64,000 nucleotides of DNA from Vicugna vicugna (Eukaryota). Positions 40,490 to 54,039 of this stretch are shown here, one piece after another; position 1 is the first letter of the stretch; every line of letters begins with the position of its first letter. Under the pieces are notes generated by a model. The model saw only the letters and a program-made list of their open reading frames with translations, did no database searches and was not told the DNA's origin. A program made the position numbers and the translations under genes. The stretch is from the NCBI GenBank assembly GCA_013265495.1, contig MU058059.1:1711502-1775501 (forward strand), given 5' to 3'.

Positions 40490-40745
40490 GCTAGCTGTCT
40501 AATCCTGGGCAAATTATTTAAGCTCTCTGTGCCTCATACATCAGAAGCCAACCTGTGTAATCCTGGGCAAGTGACTTAACCTCTCTGTGCCTCCGTTTCT
40601 TGATCTGTAAAATGATGGAACTAATAGTATAGTCTCATTGGATGGTACCAAGGAAGAAACTAGTTAGTATATTTAAAGCACTTAAAATACTGACTCAGCA
40701 CCTGTCAAATACCTAAACTGTTTTATTATTTTTATCATTATTTTA
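40490..40745 (+). mobile_element. MIR SINE with duplicated core
   Basis: taatcctgggcaa...ctctctgtgcctc occurs twice, followed by tctgtaaaatg...taaagcactta. Confidence 0.8.
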
Positions 40746-41899
40746 AGCCTGGCATGACGTCTTGATTGTACTTGTCTCTCTATAAAAGTCTAGACTATGG
40801 TTTGGCTTCCTAATATAATAAAGATAAACACTTGAGAAAAATGAAAATGGTTTCATTATTAATGATCACTAATGATCGGAATGAAATATATAGCCTCTTA
40901 GGTAAGGCACAGAACTTGTTTGACTTATAAATGGAGAATCATGTTATTTTGTTTCGTTATTTGTTCTTCTTTGTTGGGTACACATATGATTAAATTTTGC
41001 TCACCAGCTGCATCCTTTGCAGAAGAATTACCAAAAGGCTGTTGTTTACAACCCAAGCCCAAGAGCTGTTGAAAATGGGCAATAAAATCAAGTTTTAGTA
41101 GAAGTGCAGCATAAAGCAGCAGTCATCCTGTGACTTAATGCCCTCACTGTGCAGTTCGGTTAATAATCATTTGCACATAACTGCTAATAGTTAAAGCTGG
41201 CTGTGCATGGCTTATTGTAAACAAGAACTATTTGCTATCTTGGATTCAAAGCACACTTCCTCCTGACAATCATCTCGTTTCTTTTGTTCCTGCGAATCAT
41301 TTTGGGACCGTTTGTATTGTCAAGGAAGCTATCTTTTCACTTCCAGATTTTTTAATTTCAGAAAAGGGATGGGTTGAGATCTTGACACATGTTAAAACCT
41401 GTTTTAAAACCTACTTGTAATTAGGAATATTAGTTAATAATAATTTTGCCCTAGTTCTGCAAGGTTATATTCATTCACCCTTTATTTACCCTCCTGCTGT
41501 ATCTGTTACTATGAGGTGCCTTTCAGATTTTTTAATTCTTACTGGCATGAGGACTTTTGAAAATAAAAATCTGTCCATATTTTCCAGCTGAAAGAAGCTA
41601 AAGTTATCACATGGGTGAGGCTGGCTTTCTTTTGTCTGTGAATAGATTACTGCCAAGTGGAAAGTACAATAAAATCATCAGTCAGTATTCAGAATGTTGT
41701 TGTGAAACAGGAGGCCGATACAGGAAGACAGAAAATCCAGAAGCTGTAAGTTTTGAGCAATAGCTGATAGTTCTTTGATCTCTCTTTCTCATTCAACTTG
41801 ACGTGTATCTAGAAATGGCACTAAAATAATTCTTTTATTTCAGCAGGAACTGTCAAAGTTTGATAAACAACCAAGATTATACAGATTTCATCTTCCAGT

Positions 41900-42795
41900 T
41901 GAGACCTAACAACCTGTTCTGTACAGTCATTTCCTACCTCCCCCTCTTGCTCCCCTCATCTTCTGATCTTCCTCAACTCAGCTCAGTTTTTCCCATTTCC
42001 ATGACACTTAATTGTCTTCTTAAATACTACAAAAATTTACTTATTTATTGTCTTCATTATTTATTACCTTCATCACTAGAATTAAATTTCATGAGGGTCT
42101 TGGTCTTGTTGTGTGATGAATCTCAAGTGTTGAGAATTGACCTGGCATATAACAATGTACTCAATAAGCATTTGTTTGATGAATGAAAATTGTGACGAAC
42201 TTTTCTCTTTGCATCGAGTCAAGTCATTTATGCATGTTGAAAGCGACTGTATTATATGAATACCATATTGGTAGACTCCATGGGAATTATTTTCATTAAG
42301 ATTTCCATGCTTCCTTTTAGTATACTTCATTCAGGTAAAATTTTGAGGAGGCATAGTAAATTTCTGCTTAAAATTATCTTTAACAGCTTCCCATTGTTTA
42401 AGGATAAGGACTGAAATCCTTCATGTGGCTGCATGGTCCGGCGTCTCCTGGCCACATCCACCTCTCCTGACTGTCTGTGTCCTTTTTCAGCCTGCTTAAA
42501 TGCCCGCACCCCCTCTTTTCCTAATTGTCCTGCCTGCCATGTCCTTCTGGTCATTGACCTCGCCATCCTCTGCATCTTGCTAATTCCTGCCTAGCTGTCC
42601 AATCCCAGCTCAAGCAGCTTTTCCCTCGGGAAACATTCACTTGCGACACATCTCACCATTTTGTAGTTGTAGTTATGTGATTGGTCTCCCTTGTGATAAG
42701 GGCCAAGAACGTCCATCTTTGCTCCCCATTGTATCTTTGGTCTCCAACACAGGGCCTAGTACCTGCTAGGCTCTCCAGAATGTTTGTTGAATATA
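41900..42795 (+). mobile_element. L2 3' fragments (two pieces)
   Basis: One piece ends actcaataagcatttgtttgatgaatgaa (~42185); the other ends cctagtacctgc...atgtttgttgaat (~42790). Confidence 0.65.
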
Positions 42796-44099
42796 AGAAT
42801 CATTTGTTACATTTCAGCACTAGCCTCAGTCAGAATGAAGAGTGCTGTATGTTGGCAGTCTACTCGTCCCTCGGGGTAGGTTTCCTCTGCTTCCAGTTTC
42901 TTTCTCTTCAGCCTCTCTCTGCTTGCCTTCCAACTCTACCTGCATCATATAAAGCTTACTGAAACTTGGCTTTAATTATCAGTTATGCAGTATTATTACT
43001 ACTTAGTAGAAATAGGGAGAGCAAGAAAATAGGGAAATTAGGTAGTTTGGTATTTTTTGAAGTTTGGCACTTTATAATTAAAAGACTCATGTTGCTTTGT
43101 GTTTTACAGTATAGGTCTTAGGCTCATGGGACATGACAAGCACTGACATTGAGATAAAACTTCCTGATGTGCAATTATTTACAAGGGGGAAGTCTGTTAC
43201 TGAACTGCTACAGCCTGGAATTGTTGCCCCTACAAGAAGATTTCTTATTTGCATATAGACAGCCTCCTGATGCATAAGGAGTTGGAATGGTGTCTGGTTT
43301 TACTGTGGTGTTCAGCAGAATCACTTTCATCATTTTTCTTCTTAAAATACCCATTGTGTAGACAACTAAATTGGGATTTATGTGTGTTGGCTTTACTGTT
43401 TGTTGAAAGCTCTATGAAATGTGGTACCTTTTTCATTTTTCAGGGACCCCATCATGCATACTTATGCGGTGTGTGTTGAGGAGTGGTTATTGGGGAGTCA
43501 CTTAGCTAAGGATGACTCAGCTATTGGTTAGGATCTAAATCTCAACATGGCTTTGATTCTTCTCTGCTTTTGGAATATACAGATACTTTGGTGACTGAGC
43601 AGAGGATAAAGGTGAAGAGGAAGTACAGTTGTTCTTAGAAAATATTTTGGATAAAAAACTAGAGACTCAAGTTCTGTGTTGGTTTATATATACATGAAGT
43701 AAACAAGCCCACTATGAAATTTTTTTTAATGAACAAAGTGATACTTAAACATTTCAGTGACCTTTTCATTAAGTTTTGAAAAAGAAAAGTTGAAACTTGA
43801 AAAGGCTATTAATTTGTGATATGAGTATAAGAAGGAAGTGTAAGTTGTAAGATAGCCATCAGCCTGTAGAAATGTTTTTATATTGAAAAATTTGGGCAGT
43901 CAGGTAAATCTTAAGAATATATCTGAAGAGTCCATTATATGATCCACCACATAATCACCCATTGCTTCACTGACTGAAAAGGAAAACACGTAAACGTAAT
44001 CATTTAGAAATATTTTTCAGCCTTCTAAAATTGAACATGTTTGACCTATAACACTGTGTAAATTTAAGGTAGCAATGCTACTAAACAGACACTTTAAAG

Positions 44100-44680
44100 T
44101 ATCAGACTACTAAAGAGTCTTCTGGGGTTGTGACCTGAAGCCCCAGGTGCTCAGTAGACTTTCTGTTCTGGCTGGTAAAACTCAGGTGTCTCCAAGCTTC
44201 TTGCCAGATATTGGAATCGCTTGTTTCGTAGACCCTCATTTGTTTTTGCCCAGTGTTATGAAGTTGACCTGGCACATGTGTAACTTAATATTCAGCCACA
44301 AACTTCAAGGAGACCCCATGTGGATTTCTTGAGCGCTTTGTCAGTATAGACCCTCCCTGTCTGGTACTTTTCCTTAATATTCCTTCGGCCTTTGCTTGCA
44401 GGAACTCTGTTCTGTGTCCCTTATACTCAGTGAGACCCAGGGTCCTTGGGTTTCCTCTCTCTCTGTGCTGGAGTCTGGAATGGGCGTCCCAGTGGTGAGC
44501 TGCCTTAACCGGAGGACTCAGTCACCTCAGCTGTCCCCCTTCTCTCAAGGATCATGTCTTGTGCTCCCTTTTGTCTAGTTTCTGTAAACAGTTTCCCACG
44601 TATTTTATCCAGTTTCCAGTTGTTTATGGTGGGAAGGCTGTTCTACTTCCAGTTAATGTACCATAGCCAGAAGCAGAAGT
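44100..44680 (-). mobile_element. Ancient L1M 5' end fragment
   Basis: Ends with ttttatccagtttccagttgtttatggtgggaagg...ccatagccagaagcagaagt, the reverse complement of an old L1 5' terminus. Confidence 0.5.
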
Positions 44681-45099
44681 TTCTGTTTTTATGAACATCC
44701 TGGATGTTTTCTCCTAGACATGAAGGTATTCTTTGAGACCAGCTCTGTTGAGAGAGAAGCAGTTTGGGGGAGAGAAAGAAGAGGCTCCAAGGGCATTTGC
44801 AGTACCCTGGATGGCACAGGCTGAGATTGTACCCAGCCTCATGGGTGGGCAGGCGTCTGGGAGATGGGGGGGCTGTGGCCCCTTTTCTTTCCAGGTGCTT
44901 TTCCCCAGTCATCTTTCACACTGAGAGGGTATGAGTCAAGGACAGCCTGTACATTCAGACTATTCCTAGAGAGCCGTTTTCCTGGCTGCAAAATCCTGTA
45001 TCTCTTATTTATGAGTGGGATTTTCTTTCTCCTTTGAATTTAATTATTTCTTGTTAATGTTTTTCTTCTGCGTCAGTGCTGTGTAATGATAACTTCCAA

Positions 45100-45310
45100 A
45101 ACCAGTCATTCTGTTAAGGGCATTCATAAATTCCTTTAATGTTTATCACGACCCTAGGAGGCAGGTACCTGTAGGAGCTCTATTTTATCCACAAGGAAAG
45201 CGAGACTTAGAAGGATTAAGAAGTTCCTCAAAGATCAAACAGCATGAAAGTGGCAAAGCCATTGAGCTTATGTCATTCTTACTTCATGTCCTGCACTCCT
45301 GATCTTAGGT
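45100..45310 (-). mobile_element. MIR SINE
   Basis: atcacgaccctaggaggcaggtac...attttatccacaaggaaagcgagacttag. Confidence 0.7.
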
Positions 45311-45432
45311 TATCCTTTCTCCTTTTCTACACCCTACCTTGTACTTGAGATTTCTGTGTTACCAGTTCATGAACTGATTGAAGACAGGAACCTGGTACTT
45401 ACACATCTTACGGCTTTAAAATGTTTAACATA

Positions 45433-45709
45433 ACAGATTGGGATTTCAAAATTTGTAGATACTGACAGGCATATGGCAGAGCAGATAAATAAGATTATAC
45501 TATATAGCACAGGGAAATATACACAAGATCTTGTAGTAGCTCACAGTGAAAAAAAATGTGACAATGAATTATATGTATATTCACGTATAACTGAGAAATT
45601 GTGCTCTACACTGGAATTTGACACAACGTCGTAAAATGACTAACTCAATAAAAAAAAAGTTAAAAAAAAAAGAACAGACTATTCCTAAAAAATAAATAAA
45701 TAAATAAAA
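45433..45709 (+). mobile_element. Young, heavily 5'-truncated LINE-1 3' end, camelid-like subfamily
   Basis: acagattgggatttcaaaatttgtagatactgac...tatagcacagggaaatatacacaagatcttg...ttgtgctctacactggaatttgacacaac, then AATAAA and A-tails. Confidence 0.8.
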
Positions 45710-47734
45710 CATGTAGCAGAGCCCATGGGCACAGCCAGTTGAGAGAGAGAAGAAGAGGGAGAAATATTGTTTCTCATTTTGGAAAAGAAATAGCTCTAAC
45801 TGCTTAGAATTAACTAGCCATCAAAATACATCTTTATCAATAAGATTAATCTTTCAGTGTAACTTTGAGTCAGCCGACAGGAAATCTGCTGTCCTATAAA
45901 GCAACAGATGGCAAAAAGGATATATTCATTATTATTCTGTTCAATGTATATGCCTAGTAATGACAGACTTTGGGTAATGTGTTCTATGATATTTCCTCCT
46001 TTTAGTCATGCCTATAAATTATTGTCCCTTGTAAGATTGATTTCTATGTTTTCTGTAGCATTAGATAAATGTTTATTAAAATAAGATATATGATCTCAAA
46101 TAATGATAAAACTAGCATAACAAGACCCTATATTATCAGTAACTTTGAAGTGATATTTTTATTTGCTAACCAGATACACAGTGATGTCTTGATTAAGTCT
46201 GTCAGTAACTAGGGGAATAAAACTATTTTACAGGAAATAGCTGGTGGAGGTCCACGAGTATCCCAAAGGGAGGGTGTCAGAGCTTCCTGAAGAACTCTTC
46301 TTAAAGGAATTCTTTCTTCATTAGATGAAGAGGAAACTTGGCTATTGGATGGCAGTTTCCACAGTTCATCCCCCCTCCCCACTGCCGGGTCAAATGTGCA
46401 TGTTCCTGGAGGCATTTACGCCACATCTGACAACCCTTGTGGTTGAACTCACAAGCTCTGTGTAGACTGGTACTTGTCAGGCTGGAGGCCCACAGTAAGG
46501 TGAGAAAGCCGTGCTACGCCAAGCTGTCAAAAGTCGATTTTGAAACTTCTTTAAAATCTTTAATTATTCAATTAAAAATTTCTCTAGCACCAGGGGAGCT
46601 ACATGAGAGAAGGGGGAGGAGGGCTGTGGTCAAGGATGTCATTCCAGTGTCTGGAAAACAGAATAGATACTTGTTAAAGGCAATAAATTCTGCCTTTATT
46701 TGACCTTCACTCTCTGTTCTTTAGAGTTTCTTTCTCGTTGGCCAAAAGCTATAGCGCTTTCAGGTTCAGTGATTATGTTTCCTCATATTCTGGCACTAAA
46801 ATGCTTCATTCAGAGTGAGCAACTTTAAATCTTTATATCTCACTTCTAACACCTGTGAAAAGACCCATTATGGGATAGCTGTTACGCTATCCCTAAAGTG
46901 GGCATAGGGAAAGGAAAAGAGACGTGGAAGGAAGGTGCTGTTTCTCAGGCAAAGCAAGAGAAAGCCTTAGAAGTAAGAGGGAGTCATGTTTCAGATGATC
47001 TTTTAAGATTCAGGATATTTCCTCTCTTGGTAATTTTTTGAAATGAACAAATATCCACTGAAGTCGCTTTTTTCTTTACACATAATAGATTAACGAGCAG
47101 CCATCAAAGAATTGATTTTTAGTCTCAAGTGGCCTGAACTGGCCTGAACTGGATTCAGGCAATAATGTGAAGGCTCAGAACTAAATCTGTTGTTTCAGGT
47201 GCCTGACACTGTCCTGTTTCCTAGCATGTCGTTAGGTCGTATTAAACAGTGGTAGTTGGATCATAGGGACCACAAGGGACCACACATCTTTATCCTTCTT
47301 GTCTGAGTAATGCTCTTAAAAAAATCAGTGAATCCTTATCTTGCCACCAAGCTAGGACTTAGAGAGCAACAGAGGAAAGAGTTTCTACTGAAGAAAAACA
47401 GGCCTGAGGAAGGATTTTTAGATACATTCTAAAGAAAACTAAACTTTTTCAGTGAATTAATATTGAATATTGTACCTAATATTCCTGATGTAAGAAGTTT
47501 GTCTATTAACCAAATTAATAATGTATTTGAACAGGGTGATCTAACAAAACATACAGTCATATTTATCTCAAATGTTTTTAAGAGCTCCAACTTGTCTTAA
47601 AATTCTATTACATTGCATTTTTCCTGAGATGTTTCTCTACAGAGAAAAGTTGCAGTGCATTCAGTAAATAGTATTTGTTATAGGCTTACTGTGTGTAGAG
47701 CACTGTGTTTGATTTTGCCTGAAGTTATGCGTTT

Positions 47735-47900
47735 ATCTGTTCATTTATTTACAAATATTTATTGGATGTTCGTATATGCCAAGAGTTGTTCTTGATAGTG
47801 GGGGTATTGTTAAATCGGTACTACCATTGAGGTCATTGGCCCTCCTGCAACCTCGGTGCATTGAGAAAATCAGACAATACACAAGCAAACGAATACATAC
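47735..47900 (-). mobile_element. L2 3' end
   Basis: ttcatttatttacaaatatttattggatgttcgtatatgccaag. Confidence 0.65.
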
Positions 47901-48079
47901 ATAAAAGAATTTTGGAGGTAAGACAGAAAATATATTAGCTCTTTTTATCCAGCTACTAAAGTCTAATATTAATGTAACAGCCGCTAGGAAATTGGATACC
48001 GTGATGTAATGACAGCATGCCTCTGACTTTTCTATGGGGCACAGCCGGGGTCTTTTCCAGTAGTGCTTACAAACAGACA

Positions 48080-48240
48080 TGTAAAAGTACATGTTATTAG
48101 TCCCATTTATTCAGACAAAAACTGAGATCCAGAGAGATTGGGTGCATTTCTTTATCTAAAGCTAGTAAATGGCAGGATTTTTCTAATCAAACTCTTGTTT
48201 TCTGACCATAAGTCACATGGTTTTTCTCTGCATTATTACT
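48080..48240 (-). mobile_element. MIR SINE
   Basis: attagtcccatttattcagacaaaaactgagatccagagag...gctagtaaatggcagg. Confidence 0.7.
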
Positions 48241-51200
48241 TGGTAGATTTGGGGTTACTCATCCACAAATTCTTTCCTTTCTACATTTCAGGGCAAAAAA
48301 TCCTTCAGGAGTAGAAAAACCACAGATACAGTTTTTGCTTTTGACTTTAAAAGTACTTTTAATAAAGCCTCATATCTAATTAATGGAGAAAAAAAGGAAA
48401 GGGGAAAACTGTTTCTAAAAATGGCCCTTGCACACCGTGTGGATTTTCATAAATCTCAGCCTCAAGGCTGATTCCACTTTGCAGTCTTCCTTAGGAAATG
48501 GATGAAAATTTGAGCTGGGACACAAACAGGAAGGCTCCGAGGCAGCGTTTGTCCCGCAGGCACCACCTCTTTAAATAGCTACCGTGCAGTGGGAATAGTT
48601 CTCCACTTAGACAAGGAGCTCTGTTGCCCTTTGTTTCTCTGGGCCGGCAGGGCTGGAGCAGCCGGGAGGTCCTGCTCCCGGGGTGGAGGTAGAAGTCGGG
48701 GTGCAGATCGGCAGGTGTAGGGCAGTACATGTGGGCTGGAGCATGGCTGCCCCACCCCTGGGCCATGAGGACACAGGGCCACAGAGATACTTTGTGCTTC
48801 TCCCTTAAGAATATCATCCAGGAGACTTGTAACCTGCTAAAAGGTAAGTTTCAGAGCACCTCCTAAATCAGTAATTTGGGCTATAGACTTCTTTCTGCAG
48901 ACTGGTTCTTTTCTTTCACTTAAAAGAGGAAAGAAGAAAGCGAATAGTTGCTATAGCTTTTTCATTTGTTTGTTTTAAATCCATTTTTAGGTGAATACAT
49001 AGGTGGGGCTTATAGTTTTATTAGTAGAGTATTGGTGAATAATGTTAAGGGATAGTGAATTTAATTTTTTAACTTTTCAAACATTTTTGTTATGGTGTGA
49101 ATATAAGTTTCTAAAGCTCAACCATAGAAGGAAAGTAGATAAGGCCTGTTACTAATTTGGGAAGACTAGTTCATATGGGATCTTAATAGAGGCATAAAAA
49201 TGAATAGCTTAGCAGTCTTTTGATTCCAATTCCTGTTTTTGAGCAGGAGCCTTTACACTATCTAATCTGATCTTTCCAGATGATTATCTAATTTTAGAAA
49301 CGTCTACTGAGGTAGCCTCCATTACCCAAGCAAGCTCTTCTGCTCTTTCAAGGAATTAAAATATTTCTTTGGTGGGGCTACCAGCCTTTCCTCTTGTTTT
49401 TAGTGCTGGGACAAAGGGCGCCAACCAGAAATGGCTGTTGCCCTGATCCTAGAGAAGAAATTTAAGTGAGGAAGGAGTTGTCATTACATGCCTGCCCTGC
49501 AGAAGTAATCTGCCTGGGATTTGAGTGATCTGCCCATTTCTTCTGATCTTTTCCTGGCCTCCCCCTGCTTCTCTCTCATGTACTTTCTTCAAGAAATCGG
49601 TGCCTGAGTTAGAGTGTATACTCAAAGCCAAAGTTCGTCTGATTAATAGCAAGCAGAGGGTTTGCGTCAAGAAACATAAATGCATGCTCTTTCCAGGAAG
49701 GTTTCCATAATGTCTGCTAACTTCCTTTTGTGTTTGTTACAGGATTGTTATCCATACAACCACTTTGTCAAGGCTCCTTATCTGTCTTTTATTTTCTTTT
49801 TATTCTTTTTCTTGTCCTTTGTGGTGTCTTTTGGAGGGAAGGGGAAGTATCAGGAAGGGTCCTTTTGTTGTTTATTTGAATTTCATTTCCTTTAAATTGA
49901 AATCATTTGCTTCAGTGTATTCTGGGTTCTTTTTGGTTAAGTAGCATCATTTTTATATTTTTCATGTGTGTTTATTTTAAATTATTTTACTAGTATATTT
50001 TATAATCAAAGGTAAAGTCTACTTTGGCCTCATTGAGCCTCTTTTTAAATAAGAAAGCAGTAAGAAAGCCTACTTAGATGAAATATTGGGGGGTGGATTT
50101 TTGTATAGTGTGTTGGGGGAGAGGTAAGTTTTTTTTTTTTTTCATTTTATCTCAGATTTCAGGGGATGGTAAGCAAAACCAAGGTACATGATAGGGGATA
50201 AATTTCCAGCATGATGTTTAGAACTGTGGCAATAGCTTGTTGTGCTCATTTGTTTGTGAGAATAATTTAACACTTCTGTGCTTTGATGATTATTACTGAA
50301 TAGGAAGTCTTTAGCTTTAAATCTTGTAAGTAATAAGAAATTTGCATTATATTTAGAAATTGTTTTAAGTTTCCCATTTTACAGTTTTGTTGTGGTAGCT
50401 CCTGTAGTTCTGCATAGAATCACAGCCTCCTGCCCTGTCCCCTCTGTACATATCTTTCACAGATTTTAAAGGCCCTTGTTAAACTCTAAGCCAAGGGAAT
50501 AATTGAAGAGCAACTGTGATAATCAAGGCAATTTAACAAGATATGACTTCTGTTTAGATTTGAAAATATATACAAAGTACTTTATTTTTATGATCCTAAA
50601 GCCAAAAAAAAAATCAGATGGAAAATGGAACAACAACTCTTAGCTTACCCCAGCAAGCAGAATCTTTGCAGATAACGGGCAGAATAATACAAGGTTCTTA
50701 TAGCCAAAGTTCTGGCAGAAGTTTATGAAAAATAAAAAAATAACTTATGAGATGAACTAAAAGGAAATCAGTGCCCCTCTGCAATAAGTAGAATGACAAA
50801 GTGAAGTAACAGATTTACTGGAAGGCCTCCTACTGACCCCAGTTGAGCTGAATGCAGGAATGTGTTTCAAAGCCTGTTTAAAACCCCAGAGGTGGTGTTT
50901 TGAATCAGTCTTGCTGACGTAAACACAGACCCTGCCTGGAAATTTTCCAAAAGCAGAGAGTGAAGGCAGCTCAGTCAAGATATGCAGCATTACTATAGTA
51001 AAGACGTGGGGAAGCAAGTAACTGCCATCCTAGGAGACAGTGCAACAGCCTTTCAGCAGTCTGGGCGTGCAGTGCGCCTGGGCAGTGAGACCGTTCACAG
51101 AGGGCAGATTGCACCAACAATTGCCCCCAAGTACGTGTCTAAACAGAAGGACAGAGGGACTGAGAAAAAGGGAATTGTTTCTTAGTGCTGGAGAAGCCTA

Positions 51201-52419
51201 TAGATTATTTAAGGGGAAAAAATCTATTGAGAGGAGTGTTTGGACAATGTGAGTACTGATGAGATGAACATTCATTGCTAGGCGGCTTTCGTGATGAACA
51301 AATGATAGGCTTACACAGCTCAGGTCCCAAACAAACTCAGGACTTGTAAGTGAGCAGTGTAAATAGGTCTTGTTTCTTGGCTAGGAAGGTTAGAATAAGT
51401 AACTCTCCATTTGTTAGATGTAGTTAATTAAATGAACATGAAGACGAGCTTTTTTTCCTTCTATTATGAAAAGACGTGGGAAAATTGGAGCCCAATATGT
51501 AAAGGGTAGCTCCTGGTTAAATGCAGATCTCTTTCAGACTTCCCAAGAGTCCAGCTTGATGCCTCACAAAAATCACCATTTGGAACGTGAAAGGTCCACT
51601 ATTTTGCTTAAGAAGACAGAAGGCACACTATTTCAGTTATTTGTGTAGTGAAGTGGTATTCAGCTATCTGAAACTTTTGGAATATGTGGATGATAATAGA
51701 GATGTTTTCACCCTGTTTTTCTTCCTCTTCCACGAGTTGCAGTACTAATTCCAAATAGTGTGTCCATAAACTTAGAAGGAATGCTTGGAGGTATGGAGAC
51801 AAGAACATGTGATAGTCCTGCCTGCTGAAGGCACCTTAGAGAGCCTGGTGGGTGACCAGGACCCTTCAGCACTGGTGCAGGACATCCGCAGGGCTGCAGG
51901 AATATTCCAGACAGAGGGCTTCATAGCACCAAGATTATACCAGAGTCAACAGAGAGCCACTTACTTCAAAAGATTCTTTTTCTATAATAGCATTGTGTAC
52001 ACCAGTTGTCTTTCATTTCACTCTTTGGCAACCTCAGATTGTTCAGTAGTTATGAATATTTCAGTTAAAATATTACAGGACTTATCACTTGACCCATCTC
52101 TGGCTGTTGCTGCTGCTCCTCCTCCTCACAAAGACCCTAAGGCATCATCTCTCTTTGAGTTAGGCGAGTCTGTGGAGATCCCTTACCAGGAAGAGGTTGA
52201 AATCTCTTCAAAAACTACTCTCTAATCTATGAAATAGAAGAAATCAGACGTCAGTATTAGACAAACCCGTCTTGACCTTTTTCAGGGAGTAGTGTAATTT
52301 CCGAAGTATCAGAAGTGCCTGAACTATCAAAGTGTCTACCACTAGGAATTCATGGGTTTTGGTGATCAAAGTAGGAGCGGGTGGGCGTTTTACAAATACT
52401 GTTTCGTTAATTTTCATGA

Positions 52420-52580
52420 AGACTCTGCAGAGGTGGTATCCAAGGTTTACCGATAAGGAAACTGAGGCATGGTGGGGATAAGTGTCTTCCCAGGTTTGTA
52501 CAGCTGATGCATGTCAGGGGAAGGATGTGAACAAGGGTTGGTTTGGCTGCGAGGCCTGGGCCTTCTCCCCCACAAGATGC
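52420..52580 (-). mobile_element. MIR SINE
   Basis: tttaccgataaggaaactgaggcatgg...aagtgtcttcccagg...acagctg. Confidence 0.75.
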
Positions 52581-53379
52581 CGAGTTAATGACAAAATGTG
52601 CTACCTGTCTTGAGTTTTTCAGTCCGGAGGCAGTAGAAAAACTCTGAGGTTTTGGTGGAAGCAGCTGCAGGTCTTTGAACAATCCAGGGAGGACGTTTCT
52701 CCTCATTAACGGTGCTCCCATGTTCCCTCTTCTTTCACCATTTTTACTCCCTTCTCTGACTCACTCTCTTGAAGGAAAAGATAGTTTCTGTTCCTCTTCT
52801 CCAGTAATATGTAAGTGTTGTTGCTTGTGTTCACATGTGTATAGGAGGTGCTATTGTGAGAAAAAAAAAAAAGGGAAGGAATCACATTACTTCTTATGAA
52901 TTGCAAAAATTTGAGAAGGAATGGATTACACAGAATTATTGTATGTTCTTAAGCCCTAAGAGGACTCATTGAGCGTTTTCAATAGTAATCTGTTTACAGT
53001 TCTGTCCGTTTACTGAAGATTTGGCTTTTTGGCAGTTACTTGACCACTTTGGATTTGTAAACTGATTAATTTGTCAAAGTCCGATCAAATTTCACATCCC
53101 ACTTCTCCTTAAAGCACTGTCTGACCACTCCCCTCATACTGACATCTTCTGCAAATTCCTGAAGACTAGGCTGTCAGTATCTTTCCTTTAATACTTACAT
53201 ACTCCCATACTAATTAAGGTAGGTATTCTTTTTAAAAGTACTATCTTGTCTCTTTGGCTAGACTGTAGGCATCCATTGGTTACTGATTGCTTCTTATACC
53301 TCCAGATCCTTTCTCCTCTCCCATTGCTGATATGGAGCTGGCCTTTAGTATTAGTTGATTCATTGGTTTTATTATCCTC

Positions 53380-53930
53380 TCATTGGTTCTATTTTTGTAT
53401 CACAAGTCTACACAGATTGTTCTTCCCAGACAGTTCTTGAAATGTTTGAAGACCATGATCATGCGTCCTTGGAGCCTTCTAAATTTCTGCAGTGCTTCCA
53501 ACATTTTCATATGTGGCGTGCCTTCTTGACAGTCTCTCTGCATCCATCCTGCTCTGAATTCAGTCCTGGCTGTCAACATACTTCTGTAATGTGGTGCTCA
53601 GAGCAGAATTCCAGTTCTGCTGCATTTAGCATAATCATCTCTCCTTTCTATATGATACTCTTCTATGCCTTTTTGCCACTTAAGATCCTGTTACATAGTT
53701 TTCTTGGTGTCCATGTAATGCTGTTGGCTTGTACTGATCTTGCCTTTGGCCAAAATCTCTTCATTTTTTTATATGAACAGGACTCATGCCAGAAAGCAAT
53801 CATCCTAAACATTTACAGCTGAAGTTTCAGAACTTCATTCTCATTCCTATTGAGTTTCATCCTGTTAGCTTCAGTCCATTAGTCCTCCCGATGGAGAATT
53901 TCTTGATTTTTGCATTATTATCCAAAATAG
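53380..53930 (-). mobile_element. CR1/L3 LINE fragment
   Basis: tgtggtgctcagagcagaattccag...ttcctattgagtttcatcctgttagcttcagtccat resembles the antisense L3 RT region. Confidence 0.6.
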
Positions 53931-54039
53931 TGTATTAGAATAGCAGGGAAAATGATCTTCTGAGAAAAAATTCCTAAGCTTTTAAAAAATTCTAATAAAT
54001 CTTCCCAAAGAATGTCTGTACTCATGTCATTTTGTTGAG

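Noticed and set aside
51785..52225. 146-aa ORF
   Set aside because: TTG start, no recognisable family, no polyA or TSD suggesting a retrocopy.
53355..53822. 155-aa ORF
   Set aside because: Lies antisense within a decayed CR1/L3 fragment.
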